Program-made: the position numbers and the translations under genes
Shown: positions 1-8,619 of the stretch, piece by piece
Layout of the letters: every line of letters starts with the position of its first letter
How positions within the stretch are numbered: position 1 is the first letter of the stretch
From: Bdellovibrio sp.
GTDB taxonomy: Bacteria; Bdellovibrionota; Bdellovibrionia; Bdellovibrionales; Bdellovibrionaceae
Direction: 5' to 3'
Assembly: GCA_046318155.1 (NCBI GenBank)
Contig: JBKCUU010000002.1
Span: 1 to 31,602 of the forward strand
DNA length: 31,602 nt
Notes under the pieces: model-generated
What the model saw: only the letters and a program-made list of their open reading frames with translations
Told to the model about the DNA's origin: nothing
The model's database searches: none

Positions 1-2
1 AT

Positions 3-665
3 CGCAATGCCGTCGCCCGTCGCGCCACTCCAGTTTGTCGTGTAGAGATAAACTTTTCCGGCACCGCCGGTTGAAAGAACAACGGCTTTCGCGAGAAAAG
101 CTTTGACCTCGCCCGTGACTTTTTCGAGCACGTAAGCGCCCACGCACCGGGTGGGCCCAATCTCGAGCGGTTCGATTTGCTTGTTCACAATCAGATCAAT
201 GGCAAAATGCTCTTCGATAATTTCGACGTTGGGATGCGATTGGCACTGACTTAAAAGTGCGCGGTGAATCTCGGAGCCAGTGTGATCTTCGAAATGCAAA
301 ATGCGTCTTTCGGAGTGCCCCCCCTCACGAGTGAGGTCCATTGAGTCGTCGGCTTTGTGATCAAAATGAACGCCCCAGTTTAAAAGATCTTTAATTCTTT
401 CAGGTGCTTGCTCGATAATATTTTGAACCGAGTCCTGGCGGCAGAGGCCGGCGCCAGCACGCAATGTGTCACGGATGTGCGAGTCAAACGAATCGCCCGG
501 CGCCATGACTGCCGCAATTCCACCTTGCGCCCATGTGGTATTTGCCGACGGCGCTTTTTCTTTGGTGATGATCGTCACATGCCCATCCCCAGCGGCTTTC
601 AGGGCGAAGGCGAGGCCGGCGAGTCCAGATCCAATCACCAAAAAATCAGTCCGCTGTGTCTGCAT
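3..665 (-). CDS. nadB: L-aspartate oxidase (5' part; runs off the left edge; absent from the supplied ORF track)
   Basis: Manual translation from ATG at 665: MQTQRTDFLVIGSGLAGL (FAD GxGxxG)...SANTTWAQGGIAAV...DTLRAGAGLC...LTREGGHSERRILH...LSTGGAGKVYLYTTN...ATGDGIA. These are NadB signatures. GAGGA RBS upstream. Confidence 0.93.
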   Translation of the reverse strand, partial: MQTQRTDFLVIGSGLAGLAFALKAAGDGHVTIITKEKAPSANTTWAQGGIAAVMAPGDSFDSHIRDTLRAGAGLCRQDSVQNIIEQAPERIKDLLNWGVHFDHKADDSMDLTREGGHSERRILHFEDHTGSEIHRALLSQCQSHPNVEIIEEHFAIDLIVNKQIEPLEIGPTRCVGAYVLEKVTGEVKAFLAKAVVLSTGGAGKVYLYTTNWSGATGDGIA

Positions 666-820
666 CGTTGAGAATCCTCTCGGAAAGGCCTCGGGGGAGG
701 GCAAATGCGTGAGACTTTTTCTACCACTTTCTCAGATTTGGCAAAGACCTCTTGCTTGATTCTGAGCAAACTCTGAAACTACAATAATATTCGATAGGTA
801 ACTCACGCAAGGTAACGCTG

Positions 821-2887
821 ATGCGCGGAAAGTTTGTCACAATCTTTTTAGGTCTGCTGGGGCTTTTGGTCGCAGCGACGGTTTTTCGTGTCGACCAGGT
901 TCTGTTTGCCGACAAATTGGGCTGGAGTGAAGCCCAAGCCCGCGTGCAAGTGGGCGCCGTTTCTGAGGCCCTGCAATCAGAACTCAGGCTTGTGCGCGAG
1001 ACACTCGAACTGTCATGGCCGCAAATTTCGAACGATGAAAGAGATTTCGCTAAAGACAAACCCTACTCGCGTTTTCAAATGATCGCGGCCCTGGCTCAGA
1101 GTCCGACGGGCGAGTGGTCCCTCGAAGAAAAATATTTTCTTGAGGGCTCGGCCGCCAAAATATGGGCGCCGAATTATTCGGTCCTCGCGCTACGACAGCT
1201 GGAGGCCAAAAATATTTCGATCGGCGGAACGGCAGTTTTGTCGGTTTTAGATCCTTCCCGAAAAATCTATTTCTTGATCGTCAGCCGCACGCCGCAAGGT
1301 TGGCTCGCGGCACTTGCTGGGCCCGAACTTTTTCAAGGCGCAGTTGATCGACAAAAAGGAAACCTCGGCCAAGTTTATGCGGTGAACTCGCTGGGACAAA
1401 CGCTGGGCCACACGGTGCATGAATATGTCGGTAGTCTCTTGACCGATGATCCGCTCGTGGCTGATTTGATGAACTCAGCTGGTGGCTCGGGCTCAGGGAT
1501 GTTTAAGTCTGCTCAAGGTCCCGTGCAGGGTTTGTATGAGCAGGTTCCGAACAGCAACGTGTTTGTCGTGGTCTCGACACAAGTTTCGCAAATTCTAGGA
1601 AATCGAAAAGAGGTTCAAATCCAGCTGATCTTGCTGGGACTTGGCTTCGCGCTGGTGGGGTCGGCCGTGATCTTGGCCCTCGGCAAGCCTTCAGTCAAAA
1701 AAGAGACGGGTCCAATTATTCCTAAAAACGTGCTGCCGGCACCCTCGGCACCCAATCCAGCGGGTTTGCAAAATGAACGGCGCGAAGCGTATTCAAAAGC
1801 GGCGGCGGGTTTAGCTCACGAACTGCGCGGCCCTTTGCTGAGCTTGTTAGGTCAGGCAAGGCTCTTGCGCGAACATACCGATGACGATCAGCTGGCGAGC
1901 GAGCTTAAAAAAATCGAAGAGGGCGCGCGCGAAGCCCACGGCACTTTGCACAAGATGCTCACGTTCGCGGGCGAGAAAGATGAGCCCGTTGTTGAAACCT
2001 CGGTCACCGAAGTTTTCAAGCGAACCTTACGAATGATGGAAGCCAAGTTTCGAGCGAAGCATATTCAACTGCAAACCGATTTTGCATCCGATTTGCCCTT
2101 GATCGCGGGGCAGCCCTTGATGCTGGCCCGGGCCTTCGAACAAATTTTATTGAATGCGATTGAGTCCATGGACCGCAGTCTCGAAAAGAAATTGTCCATT
2201 CGGGCCGTTTTTGAAAACGAACGGGTCGTTCTTCGAATCCAAGATTCGGGCTCAGGCATTGCCCGGGAGAATGTCGGTCAAGTCTTTGATCCCTTTTTCT
2301 CGACCAAATCCAAAGCCGAGCATTCGGGCCTTGGCCTCTCGCTCGCTCTTGGCGTGGTGAAGGGCTCGGGCGGCGATATTCAAGTCCATTCTGAAAGTGG
2401 AAAGGGGACCACCGTGGAAGTGACCTTCAATCCAAATGCGGATCTTGATGCTATGACTACTGAACAGCAAAGCACGTCGTCACCCGCGGCACCCGCACAG
2501 ATGCCTGCTGAACAAAATTTATCAAAGCAACAGGTGCAAGCGACTGTGTCGGCTCCGGACGCGGATTTGCCTGCGGTCTTAAATGAAAAGTTGATGCAGA
2601 GAACGCTGGATATGATCGACCGCTTGGATGAATTGCAAGAGCCGTTTGTTGATCACAAGATGCAAGTCCCTTTTGCTCCTGCAAAACCAAATGACCAAAG
2701 TCACGAGACGTTTGAGCAAGCCCGTGATCATGCGGAGATGAGTTCAGGCCGTGCCTCCTCGCACGAAGATTTTATGAAGTTTACGGCAAAGCTCGACAAG
2801 CCAAAATCCACTAAACCCTCGCGCGCGCGCCAAAAACGTTTACTTGAAGTCCCAACCCAAGTGCGCCGGCCAGGGGAGCGGACGTGA
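821..2887 (+). CDS. Membrane sensor histidine kinase (TM, Cache-like periplasmic domain, TM, HisKA, HATPase_c, long low-complexity C-terminal tail)
   Basis: Two hydrophobic helices; H-box AHELRGPL; N-box EQILLNAIES; G1 DSGSGI; F-box FDPFFSTK; G2 SGLGLS. Confidence 0.9.
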   Translation: MRGKFVTIFLGLLGLLVAATVFRVDQVLFADKLGWSEAQARVQVGAVSEALQSELRLVRETLELSWPQISNDERDFAKDKPYSRFQMIAALAQSPTGEWSLEEKYFLEGSAAKIWAPNYSVLALRQLEAKNISIGGTAVLSVLDPSRKIYFLIVSRTPQGWLAALAGPELFQGAVDRQKGNLGQVYAVNSLGQTLGHTVHEYVGSLLTDDPLVADLMNSAGGSGSGMFKSAQGPVQGLYEQVPNSNVFVVVSTQVSQILGNRKEVQIQLILLGLGFALVGSAVILALGKPSVKKETGPIIPKNVLPAPSAPNPAGLQNERREAYSKAAAGLAHELRGPLLSLLGQARLLREHTDDDQLASELKKIEEGAREAHGTLHKMLTFAGEKDEPVVETSVTEVFKRTLRMMEAKFRAKHIQLQTDFASDLPLIAGQPLMLARAFEQILLNAIESMDRSLEKKLSIRAVFENERVVLRIQDSGSGIARENVGQVFDPFFSTKSKAEHSGLGLSLALGVVKGSGGDIQVHSESGKGTTVEVTFNPNADLDAMTTEQQSTSSPAAPAQMPAEQNLSKQQVQATVSAPDADLPAVLNEKLMQRTLDMIDRLDELQEPFVDHKMQVPFAPAKPNDQSHETFEQARDHAEMSSGRASSHEDFMKFTAKLDKPKSTKPSRARQKRLLEVPTQVRRPGERT

Positions 2888-4401
2888 TTTTAACGCCCGA
2901 AATTAGAGCCAAGTTTAGCGTTTTTCTTTTTCTTGAGGATTTAGATCAAGGAACTGATTTGCGTGGGCACTTGGCGGTCTCGGGTTATGAAGTGTTCCTG
3001 TTTCGCGATCAAGATACGGTTGTGAGCCGGATCAAAGAGGCCGCTCCGCATGTGGTGATTTTTGAGATCGAAGCTTTACAAACGACACTCAGTGAATTTG
3101 TCGAAAAAGCGCTGGAGGCCAATCCCGAAGTGATGTTCTTGCCCATGGCTTCGGTGTCGCAAGCTTTGGCTTTAAATGAGTACCGCGAACACAACTTTGC
3201 CGGACTTCTGACAAAAGGTGATGACCGCGATTTGCGTGCACTCTGGAGCGTGGATCAAATCTGCTCGGAGCTCTTTTTTCAATTTCAAAACGAGCAGTTG
3301 CTTGATCAGTTTGCTAACCTCAAGCGCAAAATCGAAACGCAAGATATGCAGATCAGCCAACTGGATGGTCGTAAGCGAGAGCTTGAGTCGGCCGAGTCTT
3401 TTCGTGTTAAAACCGAGCTTGGCGTCTATGGGCGAGCCAAGAGCAAAGAAGAGATCTTGGATGCATTTTTGCACCAGCTCGAGCAAAAATGTTTGCATCG
3501 CAATTTAAAATTGTGCGCGCTAGTTCTTAAATTTTTGCCAACAGTGCAGTCTTTTGTTGCAACGCAAGCCCTGGGCCTTGATCTCGAGAAAATCAAAGGT
3601 GTCGGTGCCAGGCTCGAGAAAAAAGAGGCCCAAGATCTGCTTGGCTTGCTGGAGGCGGGTCAATTTCCGGGGCAGTTGATTCAGCTTCTTGAGCAAGGTC
3701 TGTCGGTCAAGAATTTTGTCGGCAAACCCTTGATGCTGCCAGATGCGATCGAAGCCTTAATGGTTTTCTGGAGTCCCAACGGAATTTTGAAGGCCGAAGA
3801 CTTCGAAAATGAATATCTGATTTTTCAAATCGCGTATCAAAATTTGCATTTGGCGCGTCGCCTCAGCGAAACCGACACTCGCGATTCGGTCACGGATCTT
3901 GAGGGCCGGGAGTTTTACTTTAAAAAAGTGGACGAGGAAATAGCGCGCGCTCGACGTCTGCAAAAGGCAGTTTCAGTTGTTAAGATTTCGATTGATCACT
4001 TGCCTGAGATCGAACAGTCGTTTGGTGTTGGCAATCGCAATGCCGTTTTGCGAACTGTCGCGACCTTGATCAAACGCACGAGCCGCATCAACGATTATTC
4101 CTGCCGAACTGACGACAACGAAATTTCTTTGGTTCTTCCGCACTGCCCTCGTAAGGGCGCGGCGATTCGGGCTGAGCGCATTCGGCGGATGATTGAGAAT
4201 CATTCATTTAATTTAAGTGGCCACCGCGTGACTTTAAGTTGCGGCATCAGTGAATACCCCACCTTATGTTCCTCCAGTGAAGAGTTAGAACAAACCACCC
4301 AGCAGGCTTTGAGTTTTATTCAGGAGAAGGGTGGCAACAAAGTCTGCTTGTACCGCGCGAGACAGGATTTTAAGCCTGATTTCGACGTGCCACCTGTTTG
4401 A
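2884..4401 (+). CDS. Degenerate GGDEF protein with N-terminal pseudo-receiver domain; probable c-di-GMP receptor (CdgA-like)
   Basis: C-terminal GGDEF fold (DSVTDL, EEIARARR, VTLSCGIS, GGNKV) with RIND-x5-DDNEI in place of RxxD-x5-GGDEF. N-terminal REC-like segment (GYEV...PHVVIFEIE). GTGA overlap with the kinase. Confidence 0.85.
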   Translation: MILTPEIRAKFSVFLFLEDLDQGTDLRGHLAVSGYEVFLFRDQDTVVSRIKEAAPHVVIFEIEALQTTLSEFVEKALEANPEVMFLPMASVSQALALNEYREHNFAGLLTKGDDRDLRALWSVDQICSELFFQFQNEQLLDQFANLKRKIETQDMQISQLDGRKRELESAESFRVKTELGVYGRAKSKEEILDAFLHQLEQKCLHRNLKLCALVLKFLPTVQSFVATQALGLDLEKIKGVGARLEKKEAQDLLGLLEAGQFPGQLIQLLEQGLSVKNFVGKPLMLPDAIEALMVFWSPNGILKAEDFENEYLIFQIAYQNLHLARRLSETDTRDSVTDLEGREFYFKKVDEEIARARRLQKAVSVVKISIDHLPEIEQSFGVGNRNAVLRTVATLIKRTSRINDYSCRTDDNEISLVLPHCPRKGAAIRAERIRRMIENHSFNLSGHRVTLSCGISEYPTLCSSSEELEQTTQQALSFIQEKGGNKVCLYRARQDFKPDFDVPPV

Positions 4402-4405
4402 ACCG

Positions 4406-5614
4406 ATGGTATTTTCGCTAGACCAGTACCGCCCCACCCAGGCCGTGATCCACTTGGATCACCTGCGCCACAATTTAAAAGTCCTTGAATCTCTGAGCCC
4501 CAACGGTCAATTTTTTTGCCCGATGGTCAAAGCCAATGCTTATGGGCACGGGGATGTCGAAGTGGCGCGTGTCCTCGAGGACGCGGGCGTGACATCCATG
4601 GGTGTCGGCCTCATCGAAGAGGGTGTGCTCCTGCGCCAAATGGGCCTGCAGGCGCAGCTCCTTTTTTTTGGAACCATGGATGCGGCCGGAGCGAAGGCTT
4701 GCCTGGAAGCAAAGCTGACGCCCGTGCTCAATTCGTGGGATCAGCTCAAAACCTTAGAGGCCCAAGTCCCCCGCGGTGAGAAAGTTCAAGTCCACATCAA
4801 ATTTGATACGGGCATGCACCGACTGGGGTTTGAAGCCGATCAAGTCAAAAAATTGGTCGAGTATTTTCATGATCACCCCGAGTTTGATATCGAGGGCCTA
4901 CTGACCCATTTGCATTCGGGTGAAGATGCAAACGATCCGCAAGGCCAAAGCTTTGCCCAGCTGCGAGAGTTTGATCGGTTGGCAGCTGAGTTTGAAGCTT
5001 GGGCTCCTTGGCGTCATACGTTGAATTCGGCCGGTCTCTTAAATTTGGCAAGGCTTCGCAAAATGGGCCGCGATGAAATTGGTGGTGTTTCATTGAAACA
5101 AGGATCCAGACCAGGCCTGGCCTTGTATGGACTTTCTCCACTTGAAGGCCTAAATGAAAGTGTGGACCTGCGTCCCGTGATGAGTTTGATTTCAAAAGTC
5201 GTTCGAGTCAAAAAAATCGCCAAGGGCGAAGGTGTTTCGTATGGGCACCGTTGGAAGGCCGAGCGTGATTCGTCGATTGGCATCGTTCCTGTCGGCTATG
5301 CCGACGGTTACCACCGGCTCTCGTCAAATCGTGCCGAGGTCTTGTGCGAGGGCAAGCGGGTGCCGGTGATTGGCAACGTCACGATGGATTATTTTATGAT
5401 CGATTTGACGGGCTTGGTCGGAGCGAGTGGTGCAGAGGCTTTTCTGTGGAAGGAAGTCACACTCTTTGGCTATGATTCTGGGGGGCAGCTTTTGGGTCCG
5501 CATGAACTGGCGAAATGGGCACAAACCATTCCGTGGGAGATCTTGACGAGCGTGAGTGAGCGAGTGCCTCGAGTTTTGAAAACTGAAGAGTCCCTTTTGG
5601 GAAGAAGGAATTAA
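4406..5614 (+). CDS. alr: Alanine racemase
   Basis: PLP-lysine motif VKANAYGHG, KFDTGMHRLG, VSYG, GYADG. Start moved to ATG 4406, just after the upstream stop. Confidence 0.96.
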   Translation: MVFSLDQYRPTQAVIHLDHLRHNLKVLESLSPNGQFFCPMVKANAYGHGDVEVARVLEDAGVTSMGVGLIEEGVLLRQMGLQAQLLFFGTMDAAGAKACLEAKLTPVLNSWDQLKTLEAQVPRGEKVQVHIKFDTGMHRLGFEADQVKKLVEYFHDHPEFDIEGLLTHLHSGEDANDPQGQSFAQLREFDRLAAEFEAWAPWRHTLNSAGLLNLARLRKMGRDEIGGVSLKQGSRPGLALYGLSPLEGLNESVDLRPVMSLISKVVRVKKIAKGEGVSYGHRWKAERDSSIGIVPVGYADGYHRLSSNRAEVLCEGKRVPVIGNVTMDYFMIDLTGLVGASGAEAFLWKEVTLFGYDSGGQLLGPHELAKWAQTIPWEILTSVSERVPRVLKTEESLLGRRN

Positions 5615-6432
5615 TGGAGCAAACCTCGGTTTTGAATCAGACCCGAGACCGAATCAAGTCGAACCTTGCCGATTTCATCAAGGAAATTGGTTCGATCGTT
5701 CAATTCGGAGCTATGTCGATTAGGGTCAGTTTCGAAAAACCGTACCGCTACCTCGAAATTATTCGCCACATGGAATTCGTCGGCAATCAGTCCGTGTTTA
5801 TCATCGCGTTGACAGGTTTGTTCACGGGTCTTGCTTTGTCATTTCAAGTTTATCTGGGATTTAAAATGGTCAACGCAACCAATTTGGTCGGGCCCATCGT
5901 TGCGCTCGGAATTACGCGCGAGCTTGGTCCGGTCTTAACAGGATTGATTGTGGCGGCACGTGCGGGGGGAGCCATGGCCGCACGTTTAGGGACGATGCGT
6001 GTGAACGAACAGATTGATGCGCTGGACGTGATGGGCGTGAATACGCGCCAGTACCTGATCGCGCCGCGGATCTATGCCTCGATTATTTGTATGCCGCTTT
6101 TGACTGCGATCTTTGATTTTGTCGCAATGATTGGCTCGTGGTTTTTGGTTGTTAAGCTTGTCGAACTCGATGAGGCGATCTTCTGGGACAAAGTAAAATC
6201 AGTTTTAGAGTTTCGTCACATCAATGAAGGTCTCTTTAAGTCCGCCGTTTTTGGTCTCGTCTTTTCGGTCATCTGCACCTACCGGGGATTTAACACCACG
6301 GGCGGCGCCAAGGGCGTGGGTGAGGCCACAAACCGAGGCGTGGTGACCTCCATGGTGATGATTATTATTTTAGACTACTTCTTGTCGAACTTGATCCGTA
6401 TTTTTTACGTTTTAATTGGAACAAAAGTTTGA
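5614..6432 (+). CDS. mlaE: MlaE-family ABC permease
   Basis: RELGPVLTGLIVAARAGGAMAARLGTMRVNEQIDALDVMG; GGAKGVGEAT; TAATG overlap with alr. Confidence 0.95.
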   Translation: MEQTSVLNQTRDRIKSNLADFIKEIGSIVQFGAMSIRVSFEKPYRYLEIIRHMEFVGNQSVFIIALTGLFTGLALSFQVYLGFKMVNATNLVGPIVALGITRELGPVLTGLIVAARAGGAMAARLGTMRVNEQIDALDVMGVNTRQYLIAPRIYASIICMPLLTAIFDFVAMIGSWFLVVKLVELDEAIFWDKVKSVLEFRHINEGLFKSAVFGLVFSVICTYRGFNTTGGAKGVGEATNRGVVTSMVMIIILDYFLSNLIRIFYVLIGTKV

Positions 6433-7229
6433 TGGGAGACGCCAACAATAAACCTCAGTTTGATGTTTCAAAACTAGAGCCCGCGATCGTCTTAACTGAC
6501 ATTTACAAGACCTTTAATGGCAAAGAGTACGTCATTAATGGGATGAATCTGACAATTCCCAAGGGAAGTTTGACGGCCATCATTGGCTTTTCGGGGACCG
6601 GTAAATCAGTGATTCTGAAACACATTTTAGGTTTATACCGTCCAACGCGTGGACGGATTGAAGTTTTGGGTCAAGACTTGAGTAAAATGGATAACAATCA
6701 ACTCACAAAATTTCGAAGACGCTTTGGTGTTTTATTTCAAGGCGCTGCCCTGTTTGACGATATGACGGTGCTCGAGAATATTTGTTTTCCCTTGATTGAG
6801 CACCGTCCGGAGTTGAGCATTGATGAAGTGATTAAGATTGCCTCTGCTAAGTTGGTCCAGGTGGGTCTTGAGCTGAAGCATTACGAAAAGCTGCCCTCGC
6901 AAATTTCGGGCGGGATGCAAAAACGCACCGGTTTAGCCCGGGCGCTGGCCCTTGATCCAGAAATCATTTTCTACGACGAACCCACCACGGGATTAGATCC
7001 TATTCTGACTGAAATGGTGGATAATTTGATTCTAGAAACCCACCGTCATACCGCCGGGTCGACATCAGTGATGGTGTCGCACGATCTGGAGGCGGCATTC
7101 CGTATTGCCGATTATGTCGCGATGCTGAACGCCGGTGAAGTTTTGCTGTTTGGACCACCAGACGTTTTCTTTAACTCGGAGATCGAGCTGGTCAAGAAAT
7201 TCGTCGCCAAAGGGATGAAACGTCAATGA
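6432..7229 (+). CDS. mlaF: MlaF-family ABC ATPase
   Basis: Walker A GFSGTGKS, FQGAALFD, signature ISGGMQKR, Walker B YDEPTTGLDP, H-loop SHD; lies between mlaE and an MCE gene. ATG 6432 overlaps the mlaE stop (alternative TTG at 6429). Confidence 0.93.
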   Translation: MGDANNKPQFDVSKLEPAIVLTDIYKTFNGKEYVINGMNLTIPKGSLTAIIGFSGTGKSVILKHILGLYRPTRGRIEVLGQDLSKMDNNQLTKFRRRFGVLFQGAALFDDMTVLENICFPLIEHRPELSIDEVIKIASAKLVQVGLELKHYEKLPSQISGGMQKRTGLARALALDPEIIFYDEPTTGLDPILTEMVDNLILETHRHTAGSTSVMVSHDLEAAFRIADYVAMLNAGEVLLFGPPDVFFNSEIELVKKFVAKGMKRQ

Positions 7230-8602
7230 ACTTGCTTCGTGCTGCGGAATTTAAAGTTGGTGCACTTGTCTTGGTGGTCGCCTTGCTGATCGCGGTGATG
7301 TCAGTTCAAGTCAGTGACACGCCCAGCTTTTTTGGCCGCGGAAAAAAAGCCCACTTCATCATGGAAGATGCCGGCGGACTCGTCAAAGGATCGCAAATTA
7401 AGACGGCGGGGATCCCCGTGGGTGTCATCGCTAATATTAGTCTTGAAGATGGTAAAGCCCGTGTTGATCTGATGTTTAAAAGTGATACCGAGTTAACCGT
7501 ATCTGCTGCGGTCAGCGTCAAATCGGCCGGAATTTTGGGCGACAAGTATATCGACGTCTATCCTGGTTCGCCGACGGACCCTCCGCTCGAGCAAGGCGCG
7601 CGGATCATGAATGTGAAAGATAAAGGTTCGCTCGACGGCGTGATCGCACAAGTCGGCGACATCGCCACTTCGCTCAAAGACGTTGCCGCAAATTTGAAAG
7701 AAGCTGTCAGCGAAGATGGCAGCCGCAAGCACGTCTTGGGGCGCATTATCTTAAACATCGAAAAAATCACGCAGGATTTGTCGGAAGTGACCGCTCAGAA
7801 CAAAGGTAAGATTGGCGAAATCGTCGATCAGGTTCATGGTATCACCAAAACACTGGATGACGTTTTGAACGACCCTTCGGACAAGGGCTTCAAAAAACGC
7901 TGGGCGGTGGCCCTCGACCGCATCGACTCCTCACTTAAAAATATTGACGAAATCACGAGCAAAATTAACAACGGCGAAGGTACGATTGGCAAGTTGGTCA
8001 GCGATGAAGCCACGGCCGAAAAAGTCGAAAGCGCCATCGACAGCGTGAATGAGTTTTTGGGCGGCGCAACCAGCCTGCAAACAGGTCTGGACTTCAAGGC
8101 CGAATACCTGACCAACATTGGAAAAACAAAAACCTCTGTTGGAATCCGGCTGCAACCAGGCCTGGACCGCTACTACTACATCGGTGTCGTTGATGATCCT
8201 GCCGGTGTTGTCGAGACAACTGATATCAAAACAACTTCGACTTCGGGTGTGAATGAAATCACCGAACAAAAAACCTATCGAAATGAACTCAAATTCAACG
8301 TTATCTTCGCCAAGAACTTCTATGACCTGACCGTGCGCGGCGGAATCATGGAGAATTCGGGCGGTATCGGCTTCGATTACACCGTGTGGAATCAAAAGCT
8401 TAAGCTCAGTCTCGATCTCTTCGAGTTCACGAATATCAACGTGAGAGTGCAGGCGCAGTACAACGTGTGGAAGGGGATTTACCTCTCTGGTGGTATCAGC
8501 GATATGCTCAACAAAGGTCAAAAGTACTCCAACTATTTGGGCGCGGGTCTCTTGCTGACGAACGACGATCTGAAGCTGTTGATGACCCAAGTACCCATGT
8601 AA
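7226..8602 (+). CDS. mlaD: Long MCE-domain protein (TM, MCE, helical region, C-terminal beta-strand-rich domain)
   Basis: N-terminal TM; MCE motifs DAGGLVKGSQIKTAGIPVG and GILGDKYIDVYPG; helical region with GEGTIGKLV; amphipathic strands at the C-terminus. Confidence 0.9.
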   Translation: MNLLRAAEFKVGALVLVVALLIAVMSVQVSDTPSFFGRGKKAHFIMEDAGGLVKGSQIKTAGIPVGVIANISLEDGKARVDLMFKSDTELTVSAAVSVKSAGILGDKYIDVYPGSPTDPPLEQGARIMNVKDKGSLDGVIAQVGDIATSLKDVAANLKEAVSEDGSRKHVLGRIILNIEKITQDLSEVTAQNKGKIGEIVDQVHGITKTLDDVLNDPSDKGFKKRWAVALDRIDSSLKNIDEITSKINNGEGTIGKLVSDEATAEKVESAIDSVNEFLGGATSLQTGLDFKAEYLTNIGKTKTSVGIRLQPGLDRYYYIGVVDDPAGVVETTDIKTTSTSGVNEITEQKTYRNELKFNVIFAKNFYDLTVRGGIMENSGGIGFDYTVWNQKLKLSLDLFEFTNINVRVQAQYNVWKGIYLSGGISDMLNKGQKYSNYLGAGLLLTNDDLKLLMTQVPM

Positions 8603-8619
8603 AGTCTATGGGTTGAACA

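Noticed and set aside
771..797. Possible sigma-28 promoter (TTCGATAG) upstream of the first kinase
   Set aside because: The -10 has several mismatches and there is no -35 at the right spacing.
408..1059. Short ORFs 408-671 (+), 466-759 (+) and 721-1059 (-)
   Set aside because: They are antisense shadows of nadB and the kinase, with no recognisable motifs.
2884..4401. Active diguanylate cyclase
   Set aside because: The signature is DDNEI rather than GG(D/E)EF, so catalysis is unlikely.
7931..8590. 219-aa minus-strand ORF
   Set aside because: It lies wholly antisense to mlaD and has no domain features; codon bias in the real gene explains it.
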